From assembly GCF_030013595.1 (NCBI RefSeq), contig NZ_CP122768.1: 64,000 nucleotides of DNA, one strand, 5' to 3'. A program made the position numbers and the translations under genes. The first letter of the stretch is position 1. The number at the start of each line of letters is the position of its first letter. This document shows, piece by piece, positions 54,017 through 63,601 of the stretch. This DNA comes from Escherichia coli. Lineage in GTDB: Bacteria; Pseudomonadota; Gammaproteobacteria; Enterobacterales; Enterobacteriaceae. The notes under the pieces are model-generated. The model was given only the letters and a program-made list of their open reading frames with translations, ran no database searches and was not told where the DNA came from.

Positions 54017-55045
54017 TTATTTCACCTGAACCACCACAAACGCATCCGGATCCGGCAGCACCATCAACGGCGCAGACTGCGTCATTGTATATTCGCAACC
54101 AGGATCCCCCACTTCCTCCCAGTGTTTCGGATAACGAATCGCAGAGGTGATCCCTTCACTCAGCGCCTGATTATCCTGGATTGCGCCATAGCAACGGACG
54201 CCCTCCGCCTGAGTGTTTCCCAGAATCAGTGTACCTTCCGGCAGATAACGCTGTTCATCCCCGTTTTCGTCAACATACGTTGTCTTCGCCACCACGACAG
54301 CCAGATCGCCGTACCAGCCCTTAAAGGAAACCACGGAACCCAGGTCTTTCAGTGCGGTTTCCAGCTCAGATTTGGAGCCACGGCGGGTATCCAGTTTTTC
54401 ACGGAACAGTTTAAAACCGTTCAGCATACGCCAGACCGTGCCGTCCATAATCGCGATATTGATGGTACCGGAAGCAAAATCGCAGTACGCATCAAGATCA
54501 TGCGTCGGATCAAAGGTGTCAGCATTCTGCTTTGACCATTCGCGTCCGCCAGCCTGCGTAATGTTATTGGCGGCAGAACGCCCAAAATCCACTTCCACCG
54601 TCTCAAACTGCTCGCCGCTCATAGTGTATTTACCCTGCAGAACAGCACTGACTGCCTGCATTTCTTCCACCTGCACAATCGCCTGCTCTTCCTGTTTCAG
54701 GTTGTCCGTCAGAATACGCAGACGGCGGTAAGCCGGGTCATTAAGGCGGGCCGGATCTTCCCCCGGAAGACGTTCTACAGCCTGCTGATAATCAAAGCGG
54801 TGTTTTGGTTTTACATAACCGGGACGTAACACGCGGGTTTCACCACCACGGCTGCGCAGCACTTTGCCTGACACCACCGGAGACACATACGCCGCAACCG
54901 GTGTTTTGCCGGTAATTTTATCCAGCATGACTTCCTGAGTATGGAAAGTGATCGTGCGACGAAAGAACAGCTCAAGAAACAGCGCACGAAATTTCACTTT
55001 CTGCTCGGTGTACCCGAGTAACTGACGCGTGGTAAATAACCCCAT
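54017..55045 (-). CDS. major capsid protein (lambda gpE family)
   Basis: 342 aa; extended similarity to recalled lambda gpE (YTMSGEQF, SAPLMVLPDPD). Confidence 0.9.
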   Translation of the reverse strand: MGLFTTRQLLGYTEQKVKFRALFLELFFRRTITFHTQEVMLDKITGKTPVAAYVSPVVSGKVLRSRGGETRVLRPGYVKPKHRFDYQQAVERLPGEDPARLNDPAYRRLRILTDNLKQEEQAIVQVEEMQAVSAVLQGKYTMSGEQFETVEVDFGRSAANNITQAGGREWSKQNADTFDPTHDLDAYCDFASGTINIAIMDGTVWRMLNGFKLFREKLDTRRGSKSELETALKDLGSVVSFKGWYGDLAVVVAKTTYVDENGDEQRYLPEGTLILGNTQAEGVRCYGAIQDNQALSEGITSAIRYPKHWEEVGDPGCEYTMTQSAPLMVLPDPDAFVVVQVK

Positions 55046-55114
55046 AATTTATATTCCTTCAGAAACACAAACGGGCCGCATCGCGACCCGTTTTTTCAGT
55101 TAATCACTTCACCA

Positions 55115-55450
55115 TCAGGCGTGGCTGATGGCACTTCCCACAAATGCGTTGGCTTTTTTCACCGCATCCACCGAACCAGGCCAGACCAGCGACTCAGTGG
55201 CAAACGTACCGCTTTTGTAGTACGTCAGCATGGGCTCGGTCCCGGCAAGCGCCAGAGCCAGCACACCCACAGCCGTTCCGGCTTTCTGACCATCCCAGAC
55301 AACCAGTTTTCCGGTGGCGTCATCCACCATCAGTGGCGTCAGTGCAGGTGTGGCAGCACTGATACCACTGGTGGCTGTTGCGGTATGCGCCGGATCGCTT
55401 CCGGCAAAAATGCGCGCATCTGCACGCTTTTCCGTGGTGGTTTTAATCAT
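55115..55450 (-). CDS. head decoration protein (lambda gpD family)
   Basis: 111 aa immediately upstream of major capsid. Confidence 0.85.
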   Translation of the reverse strand: MIKTTTEKRADARIFAGSDPAHTATATSGISAATPALTPLMVDDATGKLVVWDGQKAGTAVGVLALALAGTEPMLTYYKSGTFATESLVWPGSVDAVKKANAFVGSAISHA

Positions 55451-55488
55451 TTTTCAGCCTCCTGATTTATCTGAATTCCGGATATCGC

Positions 55489-57105
55489 TTACGGCATACT
55501 CATCAGCAGGTCTTCCTCACCGCGCCCGGCAGTTCCGCCACCGGAAACCGCACTGGCAGCATGCTGTGCCATAAAGCGATCAAAAAGTGTTTCCTGTGAC
55601 GGTTGCGATGCCGCCGGCGCGGCTGCCAGCAGCGTTTTCGCCTGCGCCACCGTCATTCCCGGTTGTTCTGTCAGTGCCTGTGCAAGTTGCTCGCGCCCTT
55701 TTGCCTCCGGCAGCGCCATAATCTGATCGCCGACACTTGCAGAACCAGCAACCGGTGCCGCCGCCAGTAACGTTTTGGCCTGGTCAACGGTCATTCCCGG
55801 CTGTTCAGCCAGCGCCTGCGCGAGTTGTTCACGCCCTTTTGCTTCCGGTAACGCCATAATCTGATCGCCTGTGCCTGCAGCACCAGCAGCAGGGGCTGCC
55901 GCCAGAAACGCTTTCGCCTGCTCCACCGTCATCCCCGGCTGACCTGCCAGCATCTGTGCCAGTTGCTCACGCCCCTTTGCTTCCGGCAGCCCCATAATCT
56001 GATCGCCCGTGCTGTCAGTACCGGCAACCGGCGCAGCTGCAAGCAACGTTTTCGCCTGCTCAACCGTCATTCCTGGCTGACCTGCCAGCATTTGCGCCAG
56101 TTGCTCGCGCCCTTTCGCCTCCTGACAATTCAGGATCCCCATCACGCGCTGATTTTCCTGGGCCACCGCTTCAGCAACGGTGAGATTTTTAACAGTCATT
56201 GCATTCTCCTTCGTAACAGAGTCATTCAGTACAGAAACCATCACTTCAACGGCATCTGCAGCATTAATCAGTTGATCAGCCAGGCCTGCATCAATGCCTG
56301 CCTGACCGTCATAAACGGCAGCCTCGGTATTCATCACCGCCTCTGAACTCAGCCCCGTATAAAGCGCCACCTTGTCGACAAACATCCGGCGGGCCTCATC
56401 AATACGGCGCTGAAAATCTGCACGCACACCTGCCGGCAATGCCTGAATACTGTTGCCGTCAACCTTATGCTGCCCGGAGTAAATCAGCGTGATGTCCACC
56501 CCTTCCTGTGCCAGTTGTTTCTCGTAACTGGTGTGCGCCATCATCACGCCAATCGAACCAATTTTTGCCGTCTGCGTGACCAGCCGACGGGTACAGGCTG
56601 CCGCCAGCAACATGGCGGCTGAACAGGCCATGTCATTACACAGCGCCCACACGGGCTTCTGTTCCCGCAGACGGTAAATCATGTCAGCACAGTCAAACGC
56701 CCCGGCAGCCTGACCGCCCGGGCTGTCGATATCCAGCAAAATGCCGCGCACATCCGGATCATTCACCGCCATCTGAAGGCGGGCCGTCAGGCCGTCATAG
56801 CCAGTCATGCCGGAGTAAGGCCGCAGGGTACCCAGTTTATGCACCAGCGTGCCGCTCACCGGAAGAATGGCGATGCCATTCTTCACCTGGTAACTCTTTG
56901 CCGGACGCTGACCGCCCGCCATATAGTCAGTCACAGCCAGTTGCATACCATCAGCATCAAGCTGAACAGCCTGCTGAGGAACGGCAAGGCTGCCGGCACC
57001 CATCTCTTTACCCAGCGCGCAAAAGAAAACCCGCGCATAGGCGGGTTCCAGTAAAAGCGGCTCATTAAATGCCATGGCGGCAATATGCGATAAATTACGA
57101 CGCAT
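55489..57105 (-). CDS. head maturation protease/scaffold (S49/ClpP-like, gpC-like) with repeat-expanded C-terminus
   Basis: 538 aa; N-terminal peptidase domain, four 46-aa tandem repeats in C-terminal half. Confidence 0.85.
   Translation of the reverse strand: MRRNLSHIAAMAFNEPLLLEPAYARVFFCALGKEMGAGSLAVPQQAVQLDADGMQLAVTDYMAGGQRPAKSYQVKNGIAILPVSGTLVHKLGTLRPYSGMTGYDGLTARLQMAVNDPDVRGILLDIDSPGGQAAGAFDCADMIYRLREQKPVWALCNDMACSAAMLLAAACTRRLVTQTAKIGSIGVMMAHTSYEKQLAQEGVDITLIYSGQHKVDGNSIQALPAGVRADFQRRIDEARRMFVDKVALYTGLSSEAVMNTEAAVYDGQAGIDAGLADQLINAADAVEVMVSVLNDSVTKENAMTVKNLTVAEAVAQENQRVMGILNCQEAKGREQLAQMLAGQPGMTVEQAKTLLAAAPVAGTDSTGDQIMGLPEAKGREQLAQMLAGQPGMTVEQAKAFLAAAPAAGAAGTGDQIMALPEAKGREQLAQALAEQPGMTVDQAKTLLAAAPVAGSASVGDQIMALPEAKGREQLAQALTEQPGMTVAQAKTLLAAAPAASQPSQETLFDRFMAQHAASAVSGGGTAGRGEEDLLMSMP
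55590..56145 (-). repeat. four in-frame tandem repeats of 138 bp inside the protease/scaffold gene
   Basis: Motif CG(T/C)TTTCGCCTG... recurs at 55633, 55771, 55909, 56047 (period exactly 138); protein repeat LPEAKGREQLAQ.LA.QPGMTV.QAK.LLAAAP.AG. Confidence 0.85.
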
Positions 57106-58666
57106 CGACTTTTTCTCCCGTTGTCTGTCGGATCTGCTGCTGAAACGTGTCCTTTATCCAGATGGGGCGGGGAAGACCCGCTGCCTGTCGCTCCTGGCTT
57201 TCACGCAGTTGCTGGCGGAAAATCTCCTGATAGTCATCGCCCATCAGGGCCAGCTCTTTCTCATACGTGCTTAAACCACCTTCAATACGCATCACCGCTT
57301 CCTGCACTTCCTTAAGGCCATCAATCGCCATGCGACCGGCACCAATCCACTCGGCACGACACCATCCGGAACGGGCCTCCCAGAATGAAAAACGGGATTT
57401 CGGCGGGCGGATCACACCGCGAATAAGTGCTTCCTCCAGCCAGCAGGCAAACATCTGTGATGCCAGTCGACTGGCCACAAATTTTCGTTTGCCCATAAAA
57501 TACCGCCACGACTCATTGGCGGATGCCCTGGCACTGGAATAACTGACCTGTGAATAATCACGGGAAAGCTGTTCATAGGACACCCCCAGTCCGGCAGCGA
57601 TGTAACGTAACAGCGCCTTTTCCAGTTCAGAGAAACCATTATCTGCATTCTGCGCTGTCTGCAGATTCAGTGAATCCCCCGGATAAAGATGCGGAATACG
57701 GACCCCGCCCAGCTTTACCGTATTGGTGGCGTAATAACGCGCGTAGCCTTTCATGATGGTGTTCAGGGGATTTTTACCGCCATCTCCCACCCCGGCGATA
57801 TATTCAAATGCTTTTTCCGAATCCAGCGTGGATTCAATCGTCGCGGCATACATCGCCCGCACCACCGCCGACTGCAGTTGCGTGGCCTGCAGTGTGTCGA
57901 GCATCTTGAGGCGCTCCATGACAGAATAAAACTGGTTGGCCCCGCGCGTCTGTCCGTCCTCCTGCGGCTGAAACACATGGATCATTCCCGGTCGCCCGGA
58001 GGGCAGCGTCGCCGCAATCCGCGTCCAGTTGCTGACACCGTAACCGGGCCAGTCATCTTCCTGAACATGGTAGGCCAGTGCTTTTCCGTACCGGTTGATT
58101 TCCACCCCGGCACGCATAAAACGATCGCCGGTACCATAACCGGGTGTACTGACACGTTTCGGGCTGATGGTTTTGAATTTCGTCCGGAATAATGACGTGG
58201 ATTCCGTATCCCATACGGGCTGGACAAAAATTTCACCGTTAAATGTATGAACGCCCACCCCTTCACGAATAAATTCGGTAAACGAGCGACGCCCCTCCAC
58301 ATCCATCGAACCAAACACCGGATCGCAGAATTCCATCCACGCCGCCTCCACATCTTCAATAAAGGCATGTGAATCGGCTTCCGACATCCCCAGCCAGCGC
58401 CAGTTGGGCCGGTAACTCAGACGAAACATGTGTCCGACGATATGGTCTTTATGAATTTCAACGGCGTTTGCGGCAATACCGTTATTGCGGACCAGATCAT
58501 CCGCACGGGCGTTACCCAGCTGAATGGAAGGTAAGAGCGCCACGTCGGCACTTTCCGGTGCAGGCAGCCATTCCGCAAGCTGCCCGCCAAATCCGGTACC
58601 CCCTCCGGAATACCCCATACTCTGCCGCAGTGGCTGCCCGTGAAGATCCACCAGTTCCCCGTTCAC
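57095..58666 (-). CDS. portal protein (lambda gpB family)
   Basis: 523 aa; synteny. Confidence 0.9.
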   Translation of the reverse strand: MNGELVDLHGQPLRQSMGYSGGGTGFGGQLAEWLPAPESADVALLPSIQLGNARADDLVRNNGIAANAVEIHKDHIVGHMFRLSYRPNWRWLGMSEADSHAFIEDVEAAWMEFCDPVFGSMDVEGRRSFTEFIREGVGVHTFNGEIFVQPVWDTESTSLFRTKFKTISPKRVSTPGYGTGDRFMRAGVEINRYGKALAYHVQEDDWPGYGVSNWTRIAATLPSGRPGMIHVFQPQEDGQTRGANQFYSVMERLKMLDTLQATQLQSAVVRAMYAATIESTLDSEKAFEYIAGVGDGGKNPLNTIMKGYARYYATNTVKLGGVRIPHLYPGDSLNLQTAQNADNGFSELEKALLRYIAAGLGVSYEQLSRDYSQVSYSSARASANESWRYFMGKRKFVASRLASQMFACWLEEALIRGVIRPPKSRFSFWEARSGWCRAEWIGAGRMAIDGLKEVQEAVMRIEGGLSTYEKELALMGDDYQEIFRQQLRESQERQAAGLPRPIWIKDTFQQQIRQTTGEKVDAS

Positions 58667-58872
58667 AGCCCCACTCCTGCCGGGCCGCGACGCCGTCCGG
58701 ATACGCCCAGCGCACTTTCCAGCTCTTCAATATACTGACGCAGTTCACCAATCGTCGCCCGCGAATACTGAACCTGACGCCCGTCCTTGCTGACGGAAAC
58801 CACAGCACGTCCGATCATCAGTTCATGTAATGCCCGGCGGGCATCACAAAGCATTTCATGCGTATAAACCAT
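58663..58872 (-). CDS. head-tail joining protein W
   Basis: 69 aa; ...RQYIEELESALGVSGRRRGPAG resembles lambda gpW C-terminus. Confidence 0.85.
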   Translation of the reverse strand: MVYTHEMLCDARRALHELMIGRAVVSVSKDGRQVQYSRATIGELRQYIEELESALGVSGRRRGPAGVGL

Positions 58873-58875
58873 TCT

Positions 58876-60792
58876 TTATCCTCCACTCAGTGCAGCCGCG
58901 ATTTCTTCCAGACTCATCTCATCGTCGTCCTGCTCATCTCTTCTGGCACGGGCCAGTGCTTCAAGATCCAGCTGCCACCGCTGAACTGAAATACGCAGGG
59001 CAGCATAGGCATATACCAGGCAGTCGAGGGCTTCGTTGCGTCGCCCTTTTTTATCCCACAGCAGTTTCACCCTGCCATTAACCACCTTCTCCACCAGCTC
59101 TTCCGCCACGATCTGACGCGCCTCTTCTTCCGAAAAAATGTCGGGGTTATCAGGAAAACGGAAGGTGTACGGGGCGGCTTCACTGGCAGAGACCACTGGC
59201 AGGGCAAAACGGGCGTACAGCATTTCCTTGACGGTATCGGAGCCCACCTCACACAAAAACACACCACGCTGGTTGCGCTTTTTGGGCATGGTGATCACCG
59301 GCTTGCCGTACACCGATGCCCCTTTTATGGGAAGCACAAAAAAAGTGCCGTGTTTCCTTGAACGCTGATACACAATGTCCTGGTCGATACCACCGGTATC
59401 CCAGCAGACACGGGAAATGGAAATTTCAGTACCGTCAGCATGACGATATTTTTTCCGGATCACCGTATCAACACGTTTAAGGGTGTCCTCGTCTTCCGGT
59501 CGCCCCATGATAATTTGCTTATCAATCAGAAAGGCTTCTTCGCCGGGAGCCCAGCCCCAGACATAAATTTCATAGCGATCTTTCTGGGAGTCGATCCCGG
59601 CGGTCAGGTAAACCACCCGCAGGGGAACCTGCGCACCATAGTGGCAGACCTTTTCCAGTAACAACTCAAAACTCAGCTTTTCTGCCACAGCCTCTTCATA
59701 GGGCTCCCCGAGCGTGGTGTTAATAAACGTCTTGACGCCGTTCGGATCCTTCAGCGCATCCAGCCAGTCATAAACAATCTGTACCCAGGTGGTGAACGGA
59801 CTATACGCCGTCCAGATGTGGAAAGTGACGGAGCGCGGCGGTGGCATCTCCTCATCGCCGGCGCTGTAAAATGCCAGGCCGTCGCGCGTCCACATCCCGG
59901 TATTGTCACAAATCCAGCGCCCGTCGGTCTGGTCAAGTTCCGACTGCCGGATCACACAGCCATTATGTTCACACAGGTAATACACCGTTTCCGGTTTACC
60001 CTTCTCCCATTTCAGGCCAAATGGCGTCGCATCATCGCCAAACTTCAGATACTGGGCCTCCCCGCAATGAGGGCAAGGGACATAAAACCGCATGAAATGC
60101 GCTGATTCATTTGCGGCTTTCTCAATCTGGCAGGAGCCTTTAATTTTTGGCGTTGAGCCACGTATGGATTTAGGCCATACCGAGCCTTCGATACGCTTAT
60201 CGCCAAGCAGCGTCGGCGAACCTTCTTTTTCCACATCCGGTTCAAACGAGGAGAGTTCGTCATAGCAGACCACATCCACAGATTTTTCACGGTAGTTTTT
60301 AGCAGCGGCGCCGCCAAGGCACCAGAAACCCACACCGGAGGAAAAACGCTTCAGGGTGAGTGTATTATCGCGGTGCTTTCTTCCGAACCATGGAGCCAGC
60401 TCCAGCAATGCAGGAACATCCCTGATCGTTGGCTCAACATGAGATTTCATGAAATCTTCTGCAGCAGAATCTGTTGGCTGAAAAAGCAGACTGTTACGGG
60501 ATTTATGCTCAATAAAATAAGCCTCCACCCCCAACAGCATTTTGGTGTAACCAACGCGCGCCGATTTAATCAGATTAACGGTGCGGATCCGGTCATTTCC
60601 CATGCTGTTCATAATGGCAACCTGAAACGGCAGGGTTTCCCATTGTCCGGGAGTGTATGAAGATTCTTTCGGCAGATAATAATGTTGATCAGCCCACTGA
60701 ACCGTCGTCAGTGGAACCGGAATATTGAGAGATAAAAGCCCTGTAGCTATCGCACCGGCTGCATTAGCTGCCTTCTGTGCGTCTGAAATCAT
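58876..60792 (-). CDS. terminase large subunit (lambda gpA family)
   Basis: Track ORF 652 aa; internal Met at 60792 reduces overlap with small subunit; VEWADANYYLPKES-type motif. Confidence 0.92.
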   Translation of the reverse strand: MISDAQKAANAAGAIATGLLSLNIPVPLTTVQWADQHYYLPKESSYTPGQWETLPFQVAIMNSMGNDRIRTVNLIKSARVGYTKMLLGVEAYFIEHKSRNSLLFQPTDSAAEDFMKSHVEPTIRDVPALLELAPWFGRKHRDNTLTLKRFSSGVGFWCLGGAAAKNYREKSVDVVCYDELSSFEPDVEKEGSPTLLGDKRIEGSVWPKSIRGSTPKIKGSCQIEKAANESAHFMRFYVPCPHCGEAQYLKFGDDATPFGLKWEKGKPETVYYLCEHNGCVIRQSELDQTDGRWICDNTGMWTRDGLAFYSAGDEEMPPPRSVTFHIWTAYSPFTTWVQIVYDWLDALKDPNGVKTFINTTLGEPYEEAVAEKLSFELLLEKVCHYGAQVPLRVVYLTAGIDSQKDRYEIYVWGWAPGEEAFLIDKQIIMGRPEDEDTLKRVDTVIRKKYRHADGTEISISRVCWDTGGIDQDIVYQRSRKHGTFFVLPIKGASVYGKPVITMPKKRNQRGVFLCEVGSDTVKEMLYARFALPVVSASEAAPYTFRFPDNPDIFSEEEARQIVAEELVEKVVNGRVKLLWDKKGRRNEALDCLVYAYAALRISVQRWQLDLEALARARRDEQDDDEMSLEEIAAALSGG

Positions 60793-61312
60793 CAATCCAC
60801 CTGCCCACGTTTTCACCGGCTTTAGCTGCAACATTGGAGGCTTTCGCGATTTCAGTTTTCACCACATCAAGGTGTGACGGTGAAATATCCGGATATTTAC
60901 GCTGTAATGTCAGCGGCACACGTACAAGTATCCCCGAAATCTCCTGTGCCACACGTTGCAGAATGAAGGTAAACAATTCTGTTTCCAGCACCAGCCCTTC
61001 TTCACGGGCATTTTTCAGCTCCTGTGCGTCAGCCTGTGCTTTGGTTAACCGGTAGCGTTCATAGTCAATGGTGCCGGGTTGTAAATCTGATTCTGCAGTC
61101 GCACGCAAATCTTCCAGTTCTTTGCGGAGCTTTTCGTTTTCGATATCTTTTTCCCGCTGCGCATACCACTCAATGGCTTCTGCAGTATTGAACATGGCTT
61201 CGATACCTTTGCCTCCCCCCGACAAAACTCTCAGCCCCTGACTTTGCCAGCCAGTGATTGTTCTGACATCGCACTCAAAAATTTCCGCCAGTTTCTTTTT
61301 GTTAACCTTCAC
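60764..61312 (-). CDS. terminase small subunit (lambda Nu1 family)
   Basis: 182 aa; [26 protein letters not shown] vs lambda Nu1 MEVNKKQLADIFGASIRTIQNWQEQG, similarity throughout. Confidence 0.9.
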   Translation of the reverse strand: MKVNKKKLAEIFECDVRTITGWQSQGLRVLSGGGKGIEAMFNTAEAIEWYAQREKDIENEKLRKELEDLRATAESDLQPGTIDYERYRLTKAQADAQELKNAREEGLVLETELFTFILQRVAQEISGILVRVPLTLQRKYPDISPSHLDVVKTEIAKASNVAAKAGENVGRWIDDFRRTEGS

Positions 61313-61319
61313 GGCACAT

Positions 61320-61520
61320 ATTCCTCACAAAAAGAAGAAAGGATCTCAAAACGCTTTTTTCAGCGAAAAATCACCGCTGCCAGATCCTTTCTTTTTTTAA
61401 GAAAACTCTATTAAACAACAGGTTAGCCAGAAGAAGAACGGATCTGCTTTTTCCCTGAAAATTTTCATAAATAGCGCGTTTTTGCGCGTCCCCAGACCCT
61501 CGGTGTTTCAGGTTCCAGAA
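61320..61520 (-). other. cos region (cosB-like Nu1-binding and IHF elements; cosN nearby)
   Basis: Minus strand has CGCTATTTATGAAAATTTTC and CCGTTCTTCTTC, both present in lambda cos; the segment corresponding to lambda cosN differs. Confidence 0.55.
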
Positions 61521-61612
61521 AGGACCCGTTGAAATGGGAGTAATTATCATTTACACGCTCTAACACCTGCATTATCGCAACCCCTCACACAGAAGGGCTG
61601 CTGTAATGCCTG

Positions 61613-62011
61613 TTACTCACGAATCAGGCGAGCACTCTTACCATTCATTTCAATACGCGAATACTGCGGTTTACCATCAATGATGTCTGTCATCACGAAC
61701 ATCTCACCCGGCTGCAGTTCAACTACTGCGCCTTCCGGCAATTTCATGCAGGCAAATACCGGACAACCAGGATGACGATCATCTTCTGTTGCTTCCAGCA
61801 TTGACTCACCAAACCACTCCGTCGTGGCGCGACCATCAGCTGCTTTGTAGTGGATCAAGTACTGGTTTTCGCCATCCGCATACTGCGCGCGGGCTTTAAC
61901 CTCACCCCATTCATCACTGATGCGCATCTCCACCAGTTGAGACAACTCAAACTTAAACGGAGCAGCATCAGCACCAATTACAATCGGTTTGCTTTCTGTT
62001 TTTTCCATCAT
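61613..62011 (-). CDS. hypothetical protein between lysis cassette and cos
   Basis: 132-aa ORF, no recognisable motifs. Confidence 0.4.
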   Translation of the reverse strand: MMEKTESKPIVIGADAAPFKFELSQLVEMRISDEWGEVKARAQYADGENQYLIHYKAADGRATTEWFGESMLEATEDDRHPGCPVFACMKLPEGAVVELQPGEMFVMTDIIDGKPQYSRIEMNGKSARLIRE

Positions 62012-62182
62012 CGTCTCCTGATATCAAAGCCCGTCGCCGCACCGGGCACTGATCAACATTTGAGTATTCGCGGCGACAGAAAGAATTTATTTTATTGAGT
62101 AGCCACAAACACAGAATTTCATGCTTTCCGGACGCTGGCGCACTCTTCATTTTTCAGCAAAATATTCTGCTCTTACAGGCGA

Positions 62183-62359
62183 TCAGTTCTGCAGACACTG
62201 CCGAACACCGTCGACAATTTCACAGACCAGAGAAGCGGTATCGAAAAGCTGGCGCGCTTTATCCAGGCTGACGCATCCCACCAATAAAAAAGGCACCAGT
62301 ATCGCTACCCATTTCGCCGCCGTTCGCGGCATTCTGTGTGTCCAGTGTTTTCGCGTCAT
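62183..62359 (-). CDS. candidate small lipoprotein (58 aa)
   Basis: Hand-translated MTRKHWTHRMPRTAAKWVAILVPFLLVGC...; basic n-region, hydrophobic core, lipobox LVGC; mature 30 aa with 3 Cys; below track cutoff. Confidence 0.35.
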   Translation of the reverse strand: MTRKHWTHRMPRTAAKWVAILVPFLLVGCVSLDKARQLFDTASLVCEIVDGVRQCLQN

Positions 62360-62360
62360 A

Positions 62361-62474
62361 TCACCACCAACGCACAGCCCAAATCAGAACAGCGACCGCC
62401 ACAAGGCGAATTGCAAAGGCCGCAGCCCTTGTCAAATCAAGGCTCGCGGGAGTTTCCACTTCAATACCTTTCAT
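62361..62474 (-). CDS. candidate 37-aa single-pass membrane peptide overlapping the lipoprotein start
   Basis: MKGIEVETPASLDLTRAAAFAIRLVAVAVLIWAVRWW; GAGG 9 nt upstream of ATG; stop sits 1 nt before lipoprotein ATG. Confidence 0.3.
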   Translation of the reverse strand: MKGIEVETPASLDLTRAAAFAIRLVAVAVLIWAVRWW

Positions 62475-62560
62475 AATGGACAACCTCAAAAAGAATCTTT
62501 TATACTTTCCCACGAGGATTTTCTCCGTACTCACTACTCACAATTTCCTCTCTGACGTGA

Positions 62561-62607
62561 AAACTCAAAACCCCGGACTGTTCCAGCAGCCGGGGTTTTG
62601 TTTTTTT
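62561..62607. terminator. strong bidirectional rho-independent terminator
   Basis: CCCCGG..CCGGGG stem flanked by AAACTCAAAA upstream and TTTTGTTTTTTT downstream. Confidence 0.7.
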
Positions 62608-62887
62608 ATTTACTGCCCTGGGTGCGGCATCTGGCTATTTCACCCCTGGCTTTACTGTCACCGCGACAGATACAACGCACCGTGTCTCCGGTCAACGTGG
62701 TAATGTAAGCCTCATCCTCTTTTTCTACCGGAATACATGGAATATCCCCGCCCCGGCAATACTCAATTTTTGCTGCAAGATGAGTGTCACGCGGATAGAA
62801 CTCCAGACGATACATATCTCCCAGGACATGCACTTCCTCAACCTGGCGACCATCCTCAGTTACGGTAATTTTTTTCAGTGCGTACAT
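62606..62887 (-). CDS. small Cys-rich protein of unknown function (93 aa)
   Basis: ATG at 62885-62887 with GGAGG 5 nt upstream; C-terminus has CxxxxC...CxC...C; flanked by terminators. Confidence 0.5.
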   Translation of the reverse strand: MYALKKITVTEDGRQVEEVHVLGDMYRLEFYPRDTHLAAKIEYCRGGDIPCIPVEKEDEAYITTLTGDTVRCICRGDSKARGEIARCRTQGSK

Positions 62888-62915
62888 ACGTACCTCCGTT
62901 CTTTCGTTTTTTGAG

Positions 62916-62942
62916 CAATAAAAAAGCCGCTCATGGCGGCCC
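62916..62942 (-). terminator. rho-independent terminator after endolysin gene
   Basis: GCCGC-loop-GCGGC hairpin followed on minus strand by six U. Confidence 0.55.
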
Positions 62943-62957
62943 TGTATGTTTTGCAAG

Positions 62958-63341
62958 CTATCGCTTCAATTGAAAATGAGGCCCGTCTTTCAGTGTTTTC
63001 CAGTCCCCGCCCCATTCGATGGCAGTTCCCAGCTCTGCGGCAGCCTGCTTAAATGCCTGCGCGATTTTCTCGTACAGAGGCCAGTCCCATGACACCTGGC
63101 TGCCAACCCAGGCCACAACATCCACCGCATCACCGGTCAGGTGGCGGCTGTTCATGGTCTGGCTCTTACCTTCTGCAACCAGCTGTTTCTGGCGTTCTTT
63201 CGTGCGCAGGCCCTCCGTAATACCGAAATCAACCTCCGACAGTTCAAGGGCGCGGCGAACTACAGCAACCAGCTGTGGTTTGACGCCTTCCAGATTTTTC
63301 TCGCTCCGGCGGCTGAATCTGAATTTACCCGACATATTCAC
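62958..63341 (-). CDS. endolysin, peptidase M15 family
   Basis: 127 aa with zinc-binding pattern SRHLTGDAVD ... DGPHFQL. Confidence 0.8.
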   Translation of the reverse strand: MNMSGKFRFSRRSEKNLEGVKPQLVAVVRRALELSEVDFGITEGLRTKERQKQLVAEGKSQTMNSRHLTGDAVDVVAWVGSQVSWDWPLYEKIAQAFKQAAAELGTAIEWGGDWKTLKDGPHFQLKR

Positions 63342-63574
63342 CTCAACAATGGAAAGATTCTTGTGACGTTCCCGCGTGCGCGTATCACCAGCACGCAGAA
63401 CAGCAGATTAAAAAACACATCCAGCCAGCCCGTTGCTAACGGGCGACCACACAGATAGCTGAGAGGCGAAAAGGCATACAGCAGCGTCAGCAGCCAGGCC
63501 AGCCATGACATCAGCGGTTTATGCCTGGAATCGCGACGACGATAAAAAAGAGCGTCAGCACGATAACCGTGCAT
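63338..63574 (-). CDS. small membrane protein of lysis cassette (possible holin/antiholin)
   Basis: 78-aa track ORF with hydrophobic segments; 4-nt overlap with endolysin start. Confidence 0.4.
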   Translation of the reverse strand: MHGYRADALFYRRRDSRHKPLMSWLAWLLTLLYAFSPLSYLCGRPLATGWLDVFFNLLFCVLVIRARGNVTRIFPLLR

Positions 63575-63601
63575 AACGCCACATTCAGTAATCCGGGAAG
63601 G

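Noticed and set aside
53792-54535. 247-aa + strand Pro/Arg-rich ORF in prophage B
   Set aside because: Antisense to the major capsid and FI-like genes; low-complexity composition.
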